From Octopus sinensis (lineage: Eukaryota), in contig NC_043004.1 of the NCBI RefSeq assembly GCF_006345805.1, forward strand, positions 14,198,001-14,262,000: DNA of 64,000 nucleotides. The letters are read 5' to 3'. The translations under genes were made by a program, and so were the position numbers. Below the pieces are notes generated by a model that searched no databases, was not told where the DNA came from, and worked only from the letters and a program-made list of their open reading frames with translations. The first letter of the stretch is position 1; each line of letters begins with the position of its first letter. Below, piece after piece: positions 11,735 to 28,512 of the stretch.

Positions 11735-12460
11735 ACCATTCCTGGTGAAAACAAGACGACAGGACGATCCTCACAACGGTCTCAGCTGAAAGCCCGGTCT
11801 GTTCGACACGAAATAACAAATATTGGATATACTTCCACAACTCAACAATTCGCGTACACTGGTCTGCATGAAGAACAGTTGCGTTGCTCTCTGCTCTCAG
11901 ACAGTCGAGGCTGATTGCGCTTCTATGCACGTAGGGTCTGCCTTCATCCGGCATTGCACCGAGAAAGAAACGACAGGCCAGAAATAGCTGGCGACTACCC
12001 CGGCCCCAAATCTCTCCGCGAAAAAATCAGCAAGTTGATACTTGTCGATGCCCAGATATTTCCTGAGAACAACGTCGCTCTTGCACGCCACAACACTAAG
12101 TCTCTATGGAACTCCAAAGCGGAATTTCCACCTATCACATTTCCCGACTGAGAGAGGGCTGTGAGCATCTGACTACATCTAATTGTCTGGTGCTTTGCCT
12201 CGGTCAACGATTTATCCGAGACGGCAGCTCTGTCAAAAAGACGATCTGTGGAAGTGCATGTCAAACAAATGGTGACATGTTTTCATCGTCCAGGAAACGT
12301 TGGAGAAATTACAGCTTCTGCGTGTCTTTTCCTCATTATCCACTGCATACCCAAATTTCCACTCATGGATGTTGACAACAAATATAGCGCCTCACAAGTG
12401 GAACTCATCTCATCTAAAGAAAACCTAAGAGCAAATACAGTAAGGCGTGTCCTGGAGTAA
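11735..12460 (+). mobile_element. Possible heavily decayed Ty3/Gypsy gag-like fragment
   Basis: GC-richer coding-like island. SQLKARSVRHEIT..TQQFAY, AGDYPGPKSLREKISKL..IFPENNVALA and CFHRPG..AC loosely resemble invertebrate Gypsy gag motifs (AQxEAQF..IT..TKF.Y; ELGDRKPSQLLR; CxYHxxFG). No LTRs recognised. Confidence 0.3.
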
Positions 12461-12489
12461 GGGACGATTGTTAAGAGACAGTGATGTAA

Positions 12490-12790
12490 GCGTTAGCCAT
12501 ATATGCCCGACCTTTTCGGGGATAGCTTTCTTTCAGCCCAATCTGGGTGCGACTACCCATTCTGCTTGTCTTGTCATCTGATTTCTCCACATGGTGGTAT
12601 GGATCAAAAGCACACACAACTTAACTGGTCTGCTCAATTTGCTACGACGCTGATGGATGGCATAGCGCTGTCCTTCAAGGCTAGTTATGTTGATGTGTTG
12701 ATGGAGTTGCTGTTCATATTGTACTCTCCTCAGGCTTTCTTTCTTCCTTCCTTCCTTTAGATCTCCCAAGGTTTTGTTGGGGCAGATTGC
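12490..12790 (-). mobile_element. Possible decayed LINE 3' fragment (RTE-like)
   Basis: QMTRQAEWVVAPRLG*KKAIPEKVGHIW loosely resembles RTE C-termini (WxxxVxEWxPRxxKRxxGRPxxRW). Confidence 0.3.
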
Positions 12791-12916
12791 TGTACTTAAG
12801 AATAGACAGTTGTTTTTAATTTTCTTTATCGCACTCATTACAGGGGAAGTTTGAATGATCGGAACGAGGCGGAGTGCCTTGAGATGATGATTTGTTTTTA
12901 TTAGGAGATTATATAT

Positions 12917-12989
<73 letters not shown>

Positions 12990-13331
12990 GTGAAAATAAT
13001 AAGGGTAGAAACTTTAGAAAAAATTTCATACCGGTGGCTACCATGCGAAATAAAGACAATAGACAACATATTTTCATATATCAAAATGTACAAATAATTT
13101 ACGTATTCATACACGAAAGAGGTGACATTTAACAGGGCAGCTTACATGATAGAAAGGCCATTTAAAGCCAAAACCACGAACAAGTGCAATTACAAAGGGA
13201 ATGAAAATCGAAAAAATATTTGAAATTGCTCTTATTCATGGTTTGGGCTTTAACTGCCCTTTCTAGCATGTAAGGTCTATAAATACGCAAATTGTTTGTA
13301 CACCATTATATGTCTTCGTTTATTCTATTCT

Positions 13332-13380
<49 letters not shown>

Positions 13381-13448
13381 TATATATTATATATATATAT
13401 ATGTATGTTTGTATGTACGCATGTATGTATATATATATATAAATATAA

Positions 13449-13518
<70 letters not shown>
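13449..13518. repeat. (TAA)n microsatellite
   Basis: Pure TAA run directly 5' of an R4-like RT fragment. Confidence 0.98.
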
Positions 13519-13519
<1 letters not shown>

Positions 13520-13521
<2 letters not shown>

Positions 13522-14745
13522 TTATAGACCCATAATCTGCTCAAGAACAATGTATAAACGCTAACATCTATCTTGACTGAATATACCCATTGCTTTTCAA
13601 TAGAATGTGGTGTATTCCCTAATGAGCAAAAAGGATGTAAACATGTCTCCTATGTTTGTAAAGATTAGCTACTCATCAATAAGATGATCTTGGAAGATTG
13701 TCACAAACGACACAAAAACTTGTCAATAGCCTGGATAAAAATGCTTTTGATAGTCTACCACATATGTGGATTAAGAAATGTTTGGAAATGTATAAAATAG
13801 CACCTACTCTGTGAAAATATCTGTAAATATGAAAACATGGAGAAACACACTGACTTCGAACAGTGACAATGAATCTCTTAATGCTGGAGATATAAGAATT
13901 TCATGTGGCATTTTCTAGGGTGACTCACTATCACTACTCCTCTTTTCACTAGCCTTAATACCTCTCTCGAACTTGCTCAATGATTTACAGTACGGTTATA
14001 AAATGTTTGATAAAAATATAAATCATCTCATTTACATGGATGATTTAAAGCTCTTTTCAAAAAATGACCAACAATTACAGGGCTTACTAGCGATTGTTAA
14101 ACAATTCAGTGATGACATCAGGATGCAATTTAGCCTCGATGACTGTGCTAAAGCTACCTTTATCAAAAGAAAATTGACAGAAACAGCTAATGTTTACCTT
14201 GGCTAGCAGTATGCTATAAAAAAGTTAAAACCATCGGAGAGTTACAATTACCTAGGGGTATTTGAAGAGGACGGAATCAAACATTCAGTGAAAAAAAATC
14301 ATGCCTCCTCATTAATATCAACGTCACAATCGATATAAACGTATATGTCAAGACCTACCAAAAACTGAGCAAGTATAAGGACCTTGAAATAGAAATGAGC
14401 AAAATGTGGAACCTGAAGATAAAAGCAATACCTTTTATCATAGGTGCCCTAGGAATGATAGCGAAGATGCTGATTCCTACCTAGCTCAGGTACCAGGAAC
14501 CCCCAAAATGGCAGGAATCCCCAAAATGCTCCTGGGAACTGGTCATATCCTACGTAATATATGTTTATGTAATCACAAATTTTAAAATAAACATAATTTT
14601 CTTATGTTTTCTCAAACATTCTCTAGAACAACTCTATGTACAAAACCAAATATATGACGCCCTAGGCATAAAACCAACATGAACTTCTAACTTGTGGTCT
14701 CTTGAGGTCTCTGGGTGAGACTTGGGGCCAACTTGTACAAATACA
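13520..14745 (+). mobile_element. R4/Dong-clade non-LTR retrotransposon remnant (5'-truncated, internally deleted)
   Basis: NYRPI at the 5' junction, [68 protein letters not shown] tail [30 protein letters not shown], then 3' UTR tctcttgaggtctctgggtgagacttgg. Confidence 0.9.
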
Positions 14746-14824
14746 ACTGGTACTTAATTTATCGACTTCGAAAGAATGAAAGGTAAAGTGGATCTTGGCG
14801 GAATTTGGACTCAGAAAAATCATA

Positions 14825-15030
14825 TATGGACAGAACGTGCCAGAAAAATGTCGATCATGTGGAACATGGATCTAGACAGTGGCACATATTGTGACAGAAT
14901 GCCCCAAGTTGACACAGGAAGAATATAAGAAATGGGGGCACGACCAGATTGTAAACGTTTTACACTGAAAACTGTGACAGAAATGCAGATTTGAAGCTAG
15001 AAACACATGGTACGATCATAGTTGTCAGGT
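14825..15030 (+). mobile_element. R4/Dong-clade fragment (CCHC zinc-knuckle region)
   Basis: KCRSCGTWI*TVAHIVTECPKLTQEEYKKWGHDQIVNVLH*KL..WYDH matches the CxxC..ETxxHIxSxCxxLAxxEYxxRHD..IHW motif. Confidence 0.8.
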
Positions 15031-15049
15031 ATTATCACCTCTTCTTTGT

Positions 15050-16165
15050 ATTTTTTTGGCTTCCTTGAAGACTGAACACAGTTTTTGCTCCAGTTTTATT
15101 TGGTTCTGAGTTAGATATATCTGTAGCCCTATTGTGGATTTTATATGGTTATTCTCTTATTGTATAAGGTTTCAATCGCCTTGTCGGATTTTAGGTAGTG
15201 TACTCCAAATTCAGTCATTATTTTTCTCCTTTCCCTGTCTAGTATACTTTGTGTCAAATTAAGAATATTGTATCTGTAACTTATAACTGATACCTATTAT
15301 CTGATACGTATTATCTTATAACTTATACCTATTATCTGATACCTATTATCGTATAGCTGATACCAATTATCTTGTTTTTCGCATTGAGAACTGTTTTAAG
15401 TATTAAACTAATTTGTCTATAGTATTCCTCACTCATTTTTTGTTTCGGTTGTACCATATATAGTGCACTGATTCCTTAGTATTCATATGCATAGGTTTGG
15501 TCTAATACTCATATTTTATTTTCTCTGTCTAGAGTCATATTGTTACTTTTGACTAGTTTTACTCTTTTCAGTGTTGTATTCGCACATTTTTGTAAGCTGA
15601 ATTTCATGTTTATTTAATTGGTAAATTTATGTACTATCAGTAGTAATGCTTGCAGTTGTTTACTAGTCGCAACGTACAGTTTAAGAATATATATATACAA
15701 CAGATGGTTGATAGTTATATCGTAGCAGTTGTATCCACATCCAGTTCTGTTTAGCATGTCAGTTAAAGGTGCCAGTTTAAGGCAGAAAAGGATAGGTGAG
15801 AGCAAGTCTCCTTGGAACACCGCTTTTCTGATAGGTATGGCTTTAGTTGTTATGATCCCCTCTTTTTTAGGGAGCTGTAGCAATGTTTTATATATTTTCT
15901 CATTATTGACTCTACCCTGACAATGGCTGGCGTTTCCAGGATCCATGTATGGGGAATACTGTCAAAAGCCTTTCGATAATCGATCCAAGCCATTCTTTGA
16001 CCCTTTTTCTTTAGGCTGTTTTCAATTTTGGCTTCATTGATCATTAACTGATTGTTACAACCATATTTGCAGCATCCGTTCTGCGTTCCTTCTAGATGTC
16101 TGCAAATTCTCTGCGCTATTATTGCAGTTAATGCTTTGTAAGTTCTGTGGGTTTGTTATTTCAGT
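15050..16165 (-). mobile_element. R4/Dong-clade RT fragment
   Basis: QLMINEAKIENSLKK..MAWIDYRKAFDSIPHTW, IRKAVFQGDLLSPILFCLKLAPLTDMLNRTGCGY..INHLLYIYILKLYV. The 5' junction abuts (GAT)n(GAC)n. The 3' boundary is approximate. Confidence 0.85.
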
Positions 16166-16214
16166 GATTATCGTCGTCGTCGTCGTCGTCGTCATCATCA
16201 TCATCATGATTTAA

Positions 16215-16565
16215 GATGGCAGAATCGGTATAGCATCGGACATAATGCTTTGTGGCACTTCTAGATCTTCAAGTTCTGATTTCAGTTGCCGCAAAGTAGA
16301 CTTTGCCGTTCGTCCTTTCAGAGTTGTCACCATAAAATGCCAATAAAGAAATGACGTGAATGTAATAGTCACACGACCCTACACCTAAATTTTTCGACTT
16401 TTCCAGTTTTACGTCCCAAGTTGAAATTCCACCGAGGTCAAGGCCGGCTTTACTTTCCACACTTACGGGGTCGACAAAATAAGTACCAGTCAAATACTAG
16501 GGCCGATGTAATCGAGTAGCCCCTTCCACACATAATTCAAGACTTGTGTCTAGATAGAAGGGATT
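16215..16565 (+). mobile_element. SINE fragments (second octopus-type family)
   Basis: gatggcagaatcggt..aaatgct.., aaattccaccgaggtc..ctttcc..ggggtcgacaaaataagtaccagt..gatgtaatcga, same family as 49015 and 61810. Followed by (CTT)n. Confidence 0.75.
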
Positions 16566-16566
16566 A

Positions 16567-16638
16567 TTCTTCTTCTTCTTCTTCTTCTTCTTCTTCTTCT
16601 CTTCTTCTTCTTCTTCTTCTTCTTCTTCTTCTTCTTCT
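16567..16638. repeat. (CTT)n microsatellite
   Basis: Trinucleotide run at the SINE tail. Confidence 0.97.
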
Positions 16639-17689
16639 CACTATTATTATTGCCATCATCGTCGTCACCCCTCGTTCTCGTGATCATCAAATTCAGCTTT
16701 GATTGTAACACTTTTAACAACTGACGGGAGAAGATTTCTTAAGAAAAAAAAAAAGACATTTATCTTATTAGTAATAAATATTTCTATTATATCAGAGAAC
16801 TTATAAGTAACGAAATGTTAGATATTCAATGACATTCACAAGTTCATTAAGAATCTTTAAAAACATCCGCCGGCTAACTTATAATGAAGTTCCCTACGGA
16901 TGAAAAATGCAGGTTTATAGTTGGCAGAATATAACAATTGAAGGTGTTAGTTCACTGGCAAATTTTTTATCGATCGGAATATTACCTTAGGGAGAAAACA
17001 GAAAACGATGGCGTCAGTATGATATGAAAGTGCGGTAGAATATAACGTCTATAAAGCCACGAACTACGTTGTCATATTAAAGGGTTTTAGGCGATAAACT
17101 TTTTCATCGCCTTTATTAAGCTATTTATATGAAATACAAAGAAATCAATGACAGTGATGGAATCTGAATTTAAAGTTTTTTAAAATTAATATTCTGTCGA
17201 AAAAGCAGTATGGTTTCTATAAAGTTTTCTGACATCTACATCCCTCTAAGTCGTTGAGGTCAGAGTTGTTTATATTCGTTTTAATGCCTCTGGGAAGAAT
17301 GCTTTGTATACGTAGTTGTTGTGATGTGCGAATATTGAACAAGTATTTATTGCGAAGTTTGTGTGTTTATCGAAAAATAATGAGCACGAATTTAGGAGTG
17401 GCATGTGTAGCGAGAATATATTTGAGCTGAAGGAATCAGCAGTTTGCGAGTTCATAAGGGCAAAAACCCATTAGAGTAAAAACTGTTAAGTGAAGAAACC
17501 AGTATCGTTGGTCTGCTGAGTACTGGAAGGTGAATGTTTGCATGAAAGCACGCCGTTACAGTTTGCATATATGGTATAAAAACCTTTTTTTTGTGTGTTG
17601 TTTTGGGAATGCATCTTCAGTAATGTTGGAGGCGTATAAACATTGCATTAATCCCTTTCGGTTTCATGCAACGCATTTTGTATATACAT

Positions 17690-17967
<278 letters not shown>

Positions 17968-18301
17968 ATGCGTTTGTTTGTGCGTCTGTATGAAGAGACC
18001 GATTTGTATACGACCTATGTATTAGAGTGATATAGTGGGAGCAGAAACTAAAATTTCTTGACTTTCGTCGGAGAAATAGCATATACGTGTGTGCTTGGCG
18101 TGTGTCTATATTGATTTTGTGTGTATGCAGAGAGTGAGAGAAGGGGCTAGAGAGAGGGGAGACAAAAGCGCGCGAGAGAGAAAGTGATTGTAGAGTTCTT
18201 TGTATAGAAGTGGAAACTGATAATATATTAAGTGATAAAATAGCACACAGGAAGAACATTTGTTAACACAAATATGAGCGTATATATATGTGTGTGTGTG
18301 C

Positions 18302-18339
<38 letters not shown>

Positions 18340-18350
18340 ATATCTATCTA

Positions 18351-18408
<58 letters not shown>

Positions 18409-18799
18409 TGTTGGCTTACTTGAATAGGTTCTCAGTCTTTTCTTGACACTTCTCCATTCTCGTGAGCTTCACAATCGTCAATATCTTAGCTCACCTCATC
18501 TGATTCTGTCATTCTGTGAGGTAACTCTTTGTTAGTACGGATTTGAGAGTTCTAGTTATTAAGCACACCACCGGATTGTCTGGTGTGTCTGAGAAGACTT
18601 TGTTGAAAGTTAAAGTTATATATTTTAATGGATGGTGTTCTTATTTAAAACTCGGAATCTTCCAGTTTCTTTCTTATTACTTCCACAATAATTTATAGCT
18701 TGTGAAGAGATTTTCTCATAACAGTGTTTCTCTCATGTGCACTCAACACTTTAATAACTTTTAGGTCAGATTATCTCAAGATCTGTTTCCTAGACACAA

Positions 18800-19200
18800 A
18801 TTGGAAGTAGAAAATAATAACGGTATACCTGCTAACACTGAATCATTTTCTAATACTCTGCTTGGTTCAGATCATGTTTCCTACACTTCTAGCAATGATG
18901 TTGCTTTTGTTGTTTCTTTTCCTTAAATCATGTCCGGTATTAAGATATCTTACTTGTATTGTTCGGCTTCCTTGCAGACGAAAAACAGTTTCCATTGGTG
19001 TTGAATTAAATATTTCTGTAATCCAATGGTGGATATTTTCCAGTAAGAGCAACACCACCTTCAATTCATTGTATATATAATCTTGCTATGTCCTGCTTGG
19101 GCCAGTTCGTGTTTCTTACACTTCCAAAAATGATGTAGATATCATACGTGTACTCTGAGTCCTTTGGTGTGCATTATATTGTGAATTACCATATTCTAAC
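18800..19200 (-). mobile_element. Possible piggyBac transposase C-terminal remnant
   Basis: Minus strand gives tataatgcacaccaaagga (YNxTKG with a 1-nt slip), YDIYIIF, and KQHHC*KCRKH, resembling the piggyBac YNxTKGGVD motif and Cys-rich tail. Very degraded. Confidence 0.35.
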
Positions 19201-19674
19201 GTGTATAAAGAACCTCCTAATATTTTTGGTTTCAGATTTGGAAAAAGGTTTGGTAAGAGATTCCAATACTATCCACGCCTATATTTTTAAAACCTAATTT
19301 TTGAAATTATACACGTTAAAATACGGTATATAGACACTGCAACAATACCAAACGTGCTGTTCTCATAGAAATCGCACCCTCAATATAATAGTTGATCCTG
19401 AATGCCTGATCTTTGATTTTCTCAAAGAAGATGAGTATCAAAAAAAGTATTTTCCACTTTGGACATATTATCAGAATTTGTCAATATTTAGAAATGTTTC
19501 CAATCTTTGAATGATGGCGAAATTATGTCGGAAATGAAATATTTTAACAAGGTAATTTCACTAGTATTCAACGATGGAAACTCCGATATTTTGTACAAAG
19601 TACAAAAGGATCCTTCCTTGAGAGTATCAATATATATATATGTATGTGTATATGGGTGTGCGGAAGTATATACA

Positions 19675-19714
<40 letters not shown>

Positions 19715-19719
<5 letters not shown>

Positions 19720-19921
19720 ACGTGTGACCGACCAGACTATCAGATTTTATCACAGATCTCCGATAACAATGCGCTTTGAGTTCGTTTGGCTTCTGAATGA
19801 TGCTAACAAACTGGCTAGGCAGTGTGTTGCTTAATAACTCAACGCGCAGCCCAGTCTGAGAATCGAACCCATGATCTATCGATCGCGAGTGCAACACCCT
19901 ATCTACTGAGCCCTCTACCTT
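19715..19921 (-). mobile_element. tRNA-derived SINE (third family)
   Basis: Minus-strand head ggtagagggctcagtagatagggtgttgcactcgcgatcgatagatcatgggttcgattctcagactgg has tRNA A/B-box-like motifs. Confidence 0.75.
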
Positions 19922-19967
19922 CCCTCCCCACATACACATACATACATACATACAGACAGACATGCGT

Positions 19968-20000
<33 letters not shown>

Positions 20001-20242
20001 CATATATACATATACATTTACATATGTATCAGAGAAGTATTGTACTAGAATGACAGTCACTGCTGTGAAAATGAATCAGGATTGTTGGAGTAAAGATTTG
20101 CATGTTTACTGTACAATATTCTTCTGATCACAATGGTGAAGGGAGCAATATTTTTGGTGCAATCGCACTTCACCTTTGGACTACATTCATTAAGATTTTA
20201 CGAAACTAATGTCAAAATACTTTATTAGAATATAGCATTATA

Positions 20243-20402
20243 GGTGCAGGCGTGGCTGTGTAGTAAAAAGCTTGCTTCCCAACCACACCGTTCCTGGTTC
20301 AATTCTACTGCGTGGCACCTTGCTCTAGTGTCTAGTATAGCCTCGGGCGACCAAAGCCTTTTGAGCGGATTTGGTAGACGGAAACTGAAACAAGCCCTTC
20401 GT
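20243..20402 (+). mobile_element. tRNA-derived SINE 5' half
   Basis: gtgcaggcgtggctgtgtagtaaaaagcttgcttcccaacc..ggatttggtagacggaaactgaaacaagccc, same family as 5430. Confidence 0.9.
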
Positions 20403-20912
20403 GTGTGTGTGTGTGTATATATATGTATATGACAAAGGCAAGAAATTCTGTCTTCTCTGCAATTCTGAGCTATTTTTCATTATATTTTCAAAAAATACTC
20501 TAGTAAACACGGTTATAGAGCGAGCATACAGATGCAAGCATTGGCAAAAACATACATTTAGTGCATATAAGTAGTATATGTCATTATATATAATTTAAAC
20601 TTTAATTTCCTTTATATTTAACATTCACTATTAATATCCCTACTGTTTCTGTTAGCTACTTATGACGTTATATCATATAACGTTTTTTTAAACAATATTA
20701 ATAGCGTTCTGTCTATCGCTATACAAATCCATCATTTTTTGCTAAAATGTCTTATTGACGAGTTTCGGTTTTTTCACTTTCCTGAGGAGAAGATTGCATT
20801 GTTTATATCATATATTCTTTTGAATAGTATCAGTGGAATTTTCGAAACATGTGTCGAAAGTAAAAATATTTGATTACACCTGCGTTAACTCCATTTTTAT
20901 TCATATATATAT

Positions 20913-20966
<54 letters not shown>

Positions 20967-21774
20967 CTATATATATATATATATATATATGTATATAAGC
21001 CCTGGAGTCGGTACGTTCGACTAAAGTCGGTGCATGGCCGCAGTAAAATGACTGAAACAAGTGAGAGAATAAAAGAATTAGTAGAATTATTTAGCCATAT
21101 TCATGACTAATAATATAATATAAAATATAATGTAATAGAATATTATATAATATATGGTTTGCTATTCATGTGGTTTTGAGTACTTGGTCTGTTTTGAATT
21201 CATTCTTTCTTTGAAGCAGATGCCATTGAAGGTACGCTTCTTCAGACGATAAACTGAATATATCCTTATTAATATTATTACAGAAGATATGTGCTTACTA
21301 ATATTGCTATATATCCCACTAAATAATCCAATATGTATGGATTATTTCAACAAATGGAATATAATAGGATACAAATACATAAATTAAAGGAGATTGTTGA
21401 TATGAATTTAATTCTAGTGTTTTAGAAGCCATTGTGTGAATGTTGTTACAATTGCTGAAATCGTCAACGCCAGATTTAATAATAAGGCAACAGTAACGTT
21501 CTGGTAGATTTCGTGATTTATTTTACGTACGATGCAGTACAATAAAACATGAAAGCTACCGGTTATACTATTGTATAACTCTTGAAACTAGCATCCAACT
21601 TTTTGTACACTACAACAATATGCTTAAGATGCATTGCACCCATTGCAAAGCACGTGAGCAGCATGAACTTTATATAAATTATTATCATGAATTCTATCTC
21701 TAAGAATAGGAACAAGTTGAAAATCAGATGAGAATGAGTAAATTCTATCAATAATAAATAAATAAATAAATAAA

Positions 21775-22260
21775 GTTGTAGACGGAGACAATGGGATGCC
21801 CAGAGTTGTTGGGTTTGTGGATTTGGGGAAGGAAGTAAATGGCGGGTATATGTGGATTGTGGACAATGATGTTTGAGGAGATTGGAGGGAGACGGGAGGA
21901 TGAAATGAGATCATGGATAGTGAAGGACACAATATGTTGGTAGCTAGGCGTGTGATTGGAAGGCAGAGGGCAACTGAAGGAGATGTCTTGAAGGGGTCCA
22001 CCCTTTGTGGTGTCGGAGACATCGGAGGACCGAGAGTTTGACAGGGGAGATGATAAAATGTCGGGGATGCCTGCACAGGATGAACCGGTCCACAACACGT
22101 TGGCCGACGGAACTGGCAAGGAGCCGGCGTCCAGTGGGAGGGTCGGCGGCCCAGGTCTTCATTAATTGCAAGTGGAATCTTGTGGAAAAGTGCATATAGC
22201 CCGACGCAGAGTAGAAAACTATGAATAGCAGCACGGGTGTCAAACTCGTCATTGGATGGA
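21775..22260 (-). mobile_element. Penelope-like element RT fragment (copy 1)
   Basis: LQDISFSCPLPSNHTPSYQHIVSFTIHDLISSSRLPPISSNIIVHNPHIPAIYFLPQIHKPNNSGHPIVS matches the PLE RT signature PxxYxLPKIHKxxxPGRPIVS. Confidence 0.85.
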
Positions 22261-22299
22261 GTGAGGGGGGGGCTGAAGCGCAGACCCTTATACGCTCAT

Positions 22300-22341
<42 letters not shown>

Positions 22342-23137
22342 GTATATGTATATGTATATAAGCCCTGGAGTCGGTACGTTCGACTAAAGTCGGTGCATGG
22401 CCGCAGTAAAATGACTGAAACAAGTGAGAGAATAAAAGAATTAGTAGAATTATTTAGCCATATTCATGACTAATAATATAATATAAAATATAATGTAATA
22501 GAATATTATATAATATATGGTTTGCTATTCATGTGGTTTTGAGTACTTGGTCTGTTTTGAATTCATTCTTTCTTTGAAGCAGATGCCATTGAAGGTACGC
22601 TTCTTCAGACGATAAACTGAATATATCCTTATTAATATTATTACAGAAGATATGTGCTTACTAATATTGCTATATATCCCACTAAATAATCCAATATGTA
22701 TGGATTATTTCAACAAATGGAAATATAATAGGATACAAATACATAAATTTAAAGGAGATTGTTGATATGAATTTAATTCTAGTGTTTTAGAAGCCATTGT
22801 GTGAATGTTGTTACAATTGCTGAAATCGTCAACGCCAGATTTAATAATAAGGCAACAGTAACGTTCTGGTAGATTTCGTGATTTATTTTACGTACGATGC
22901 AGTACAATAAAACATGAAAGCTACCGGTTATACTATTGTATAACTCTTGAAACTAGCATCCAACTTTTTGTACACTACAACAATATGCTTAAGATGCATT
23001 GGCACCCATTGCAAAGCACGTGAGCAGCATGAACTTTATATAAATTATTATCATGAATTCTATCTCTAAGAATAGGAACAAGTTGAAAATCAGATGAGAA
23101 TGAGTAAATTCTATCAATAATAAATAAATAAATAAAT

Positions 23138-23622
23138 AAAGTTGTAGACGGAGACAATGGGATGCCCAGAGTTGTTGGGTTTGTGGATTTGGGGAAGGAA
23201 GTAAATGGCGGGTATATGTGGATTGTGGACAATGATGTTTGAGGAGATGGGAGGGAGACGGGAGGATGAAATGAGATCATGGATAGTGAAGGACACAATA
23301 TGTGGTAGCTAGGCGTGTGATTGGAAGGCAGAGGGCAACTGAAGGAGATGTCTTGAAGGGGTCCACCTTTGTGGTGTCGGAGACATCGGAGGACCGAGAG
23401 TTTGACAGGGGAGATGATAAAATGTCGGGGATGCCTGCACAGGATGAACCGGTCCACAACACGTTGGCCGACGGAACTGGCAAGGAGCCGGCGTCCAGTG
23501 GGAGGGTCGGCGGCCCAGGTCTTCATTAATTGCAAGTGGAATCTTGTGGAAAAGTGCATATAGCCCGACGCAGAGTAGAAAACTATGAATAGCAGCACGG
23601 GTGTCAAACTCGTCATTGGATG
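23138..23622 (-). mobile_element. Penelope-like element RT fragment (copy 2)
   Basis: Duplicate of 21775-22260, with PAIYFLPQIHKPNNSGHPIVS. Confidence 0.85.
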
Positions 23623-23679
23623 GAGTGAGGGGGGGGCTGAAGCGCAGACCCTTATACGCTCATACACACACACACACAC

Positions 23680-27835
<4,156 letters not shown>

Positions 27836-27877
27836 TTAAGCCTTAAAAACAAAAACAAAAAAAAACACACATTTATT

Positions 27878-28070
27878 GGATGGCCGTTGACTCTCAAGAG
27901 TTCCTCCGCCCTTTGACGGGTTTTGTTTTTCTTCCCGCAGGGTGTCCAATAAACACCCTCCTCACCAAGCAAGTTTGGTGGGGTTACGGTTTAGTCGCCG
28001 ACGACCCGACCATGCAACAGGTTGTTCCGGGTTACATTTTACCAGTAGCACTCGAAAATGACCTGCCATA
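27878..28070 (-). mobile_element. Short interspersed repeat, probably derived from an RTE-like 5' region
   Basis: GC-rich gtcgggtcgtcggcgactaaaccgtaaccccaccaaacttgcttggtgaggagggtgtttattggacaccc resembles RTE-type 5' UTR sequence. Recognised by resemblance only. Confidence 0.4.
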
Positions 28071-28171
28071 CAAAAAAATACAGTTATATGTACAATCAAA
28101 AGATGTAAGGATACAATGGTTGGTGAAGAAGAAAGTATGATTTAAATTCGCTTTGTGTATATATTTGTGTG

Positions 28172-28189
28172 TGGTGATATATTATATAT

Positions 28190-28241
<52 letters not shown>

Positions 28242-28408
28242 CATACATATATATATGGATAGATATATTGATAGATAGATAAATAGATAGATGGATAGAT
28301 ATATATACATATACATATATATAGTGATAGATATATAGATAGATATATATATACATAAATATATATATATATATATACATTTATATATATATATACATAT
28401 ATATATAC

Positions 28409-28479
<71 letters not shown>

Positions 28480-28512
28480 TATATAACTAAAGATATTATA
28501 TATATATATATA
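28172..28512. repeat. Compound (TA)n/(TAGA)n microsatellite
   Basis: Simple repeat tract. Confidence 0.97.

Larger units (their letters stand above)
20991..23663. repeat. Tandem duplication, 1363 bp period, two near-identical copies
   Basis: gtatataagccctggagtcgg starts at 20991 and 22354; cttatacgctcata ends at 22300 and 23663. Differences are mostly 1-2 nt indels. Confidence 0.95.
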
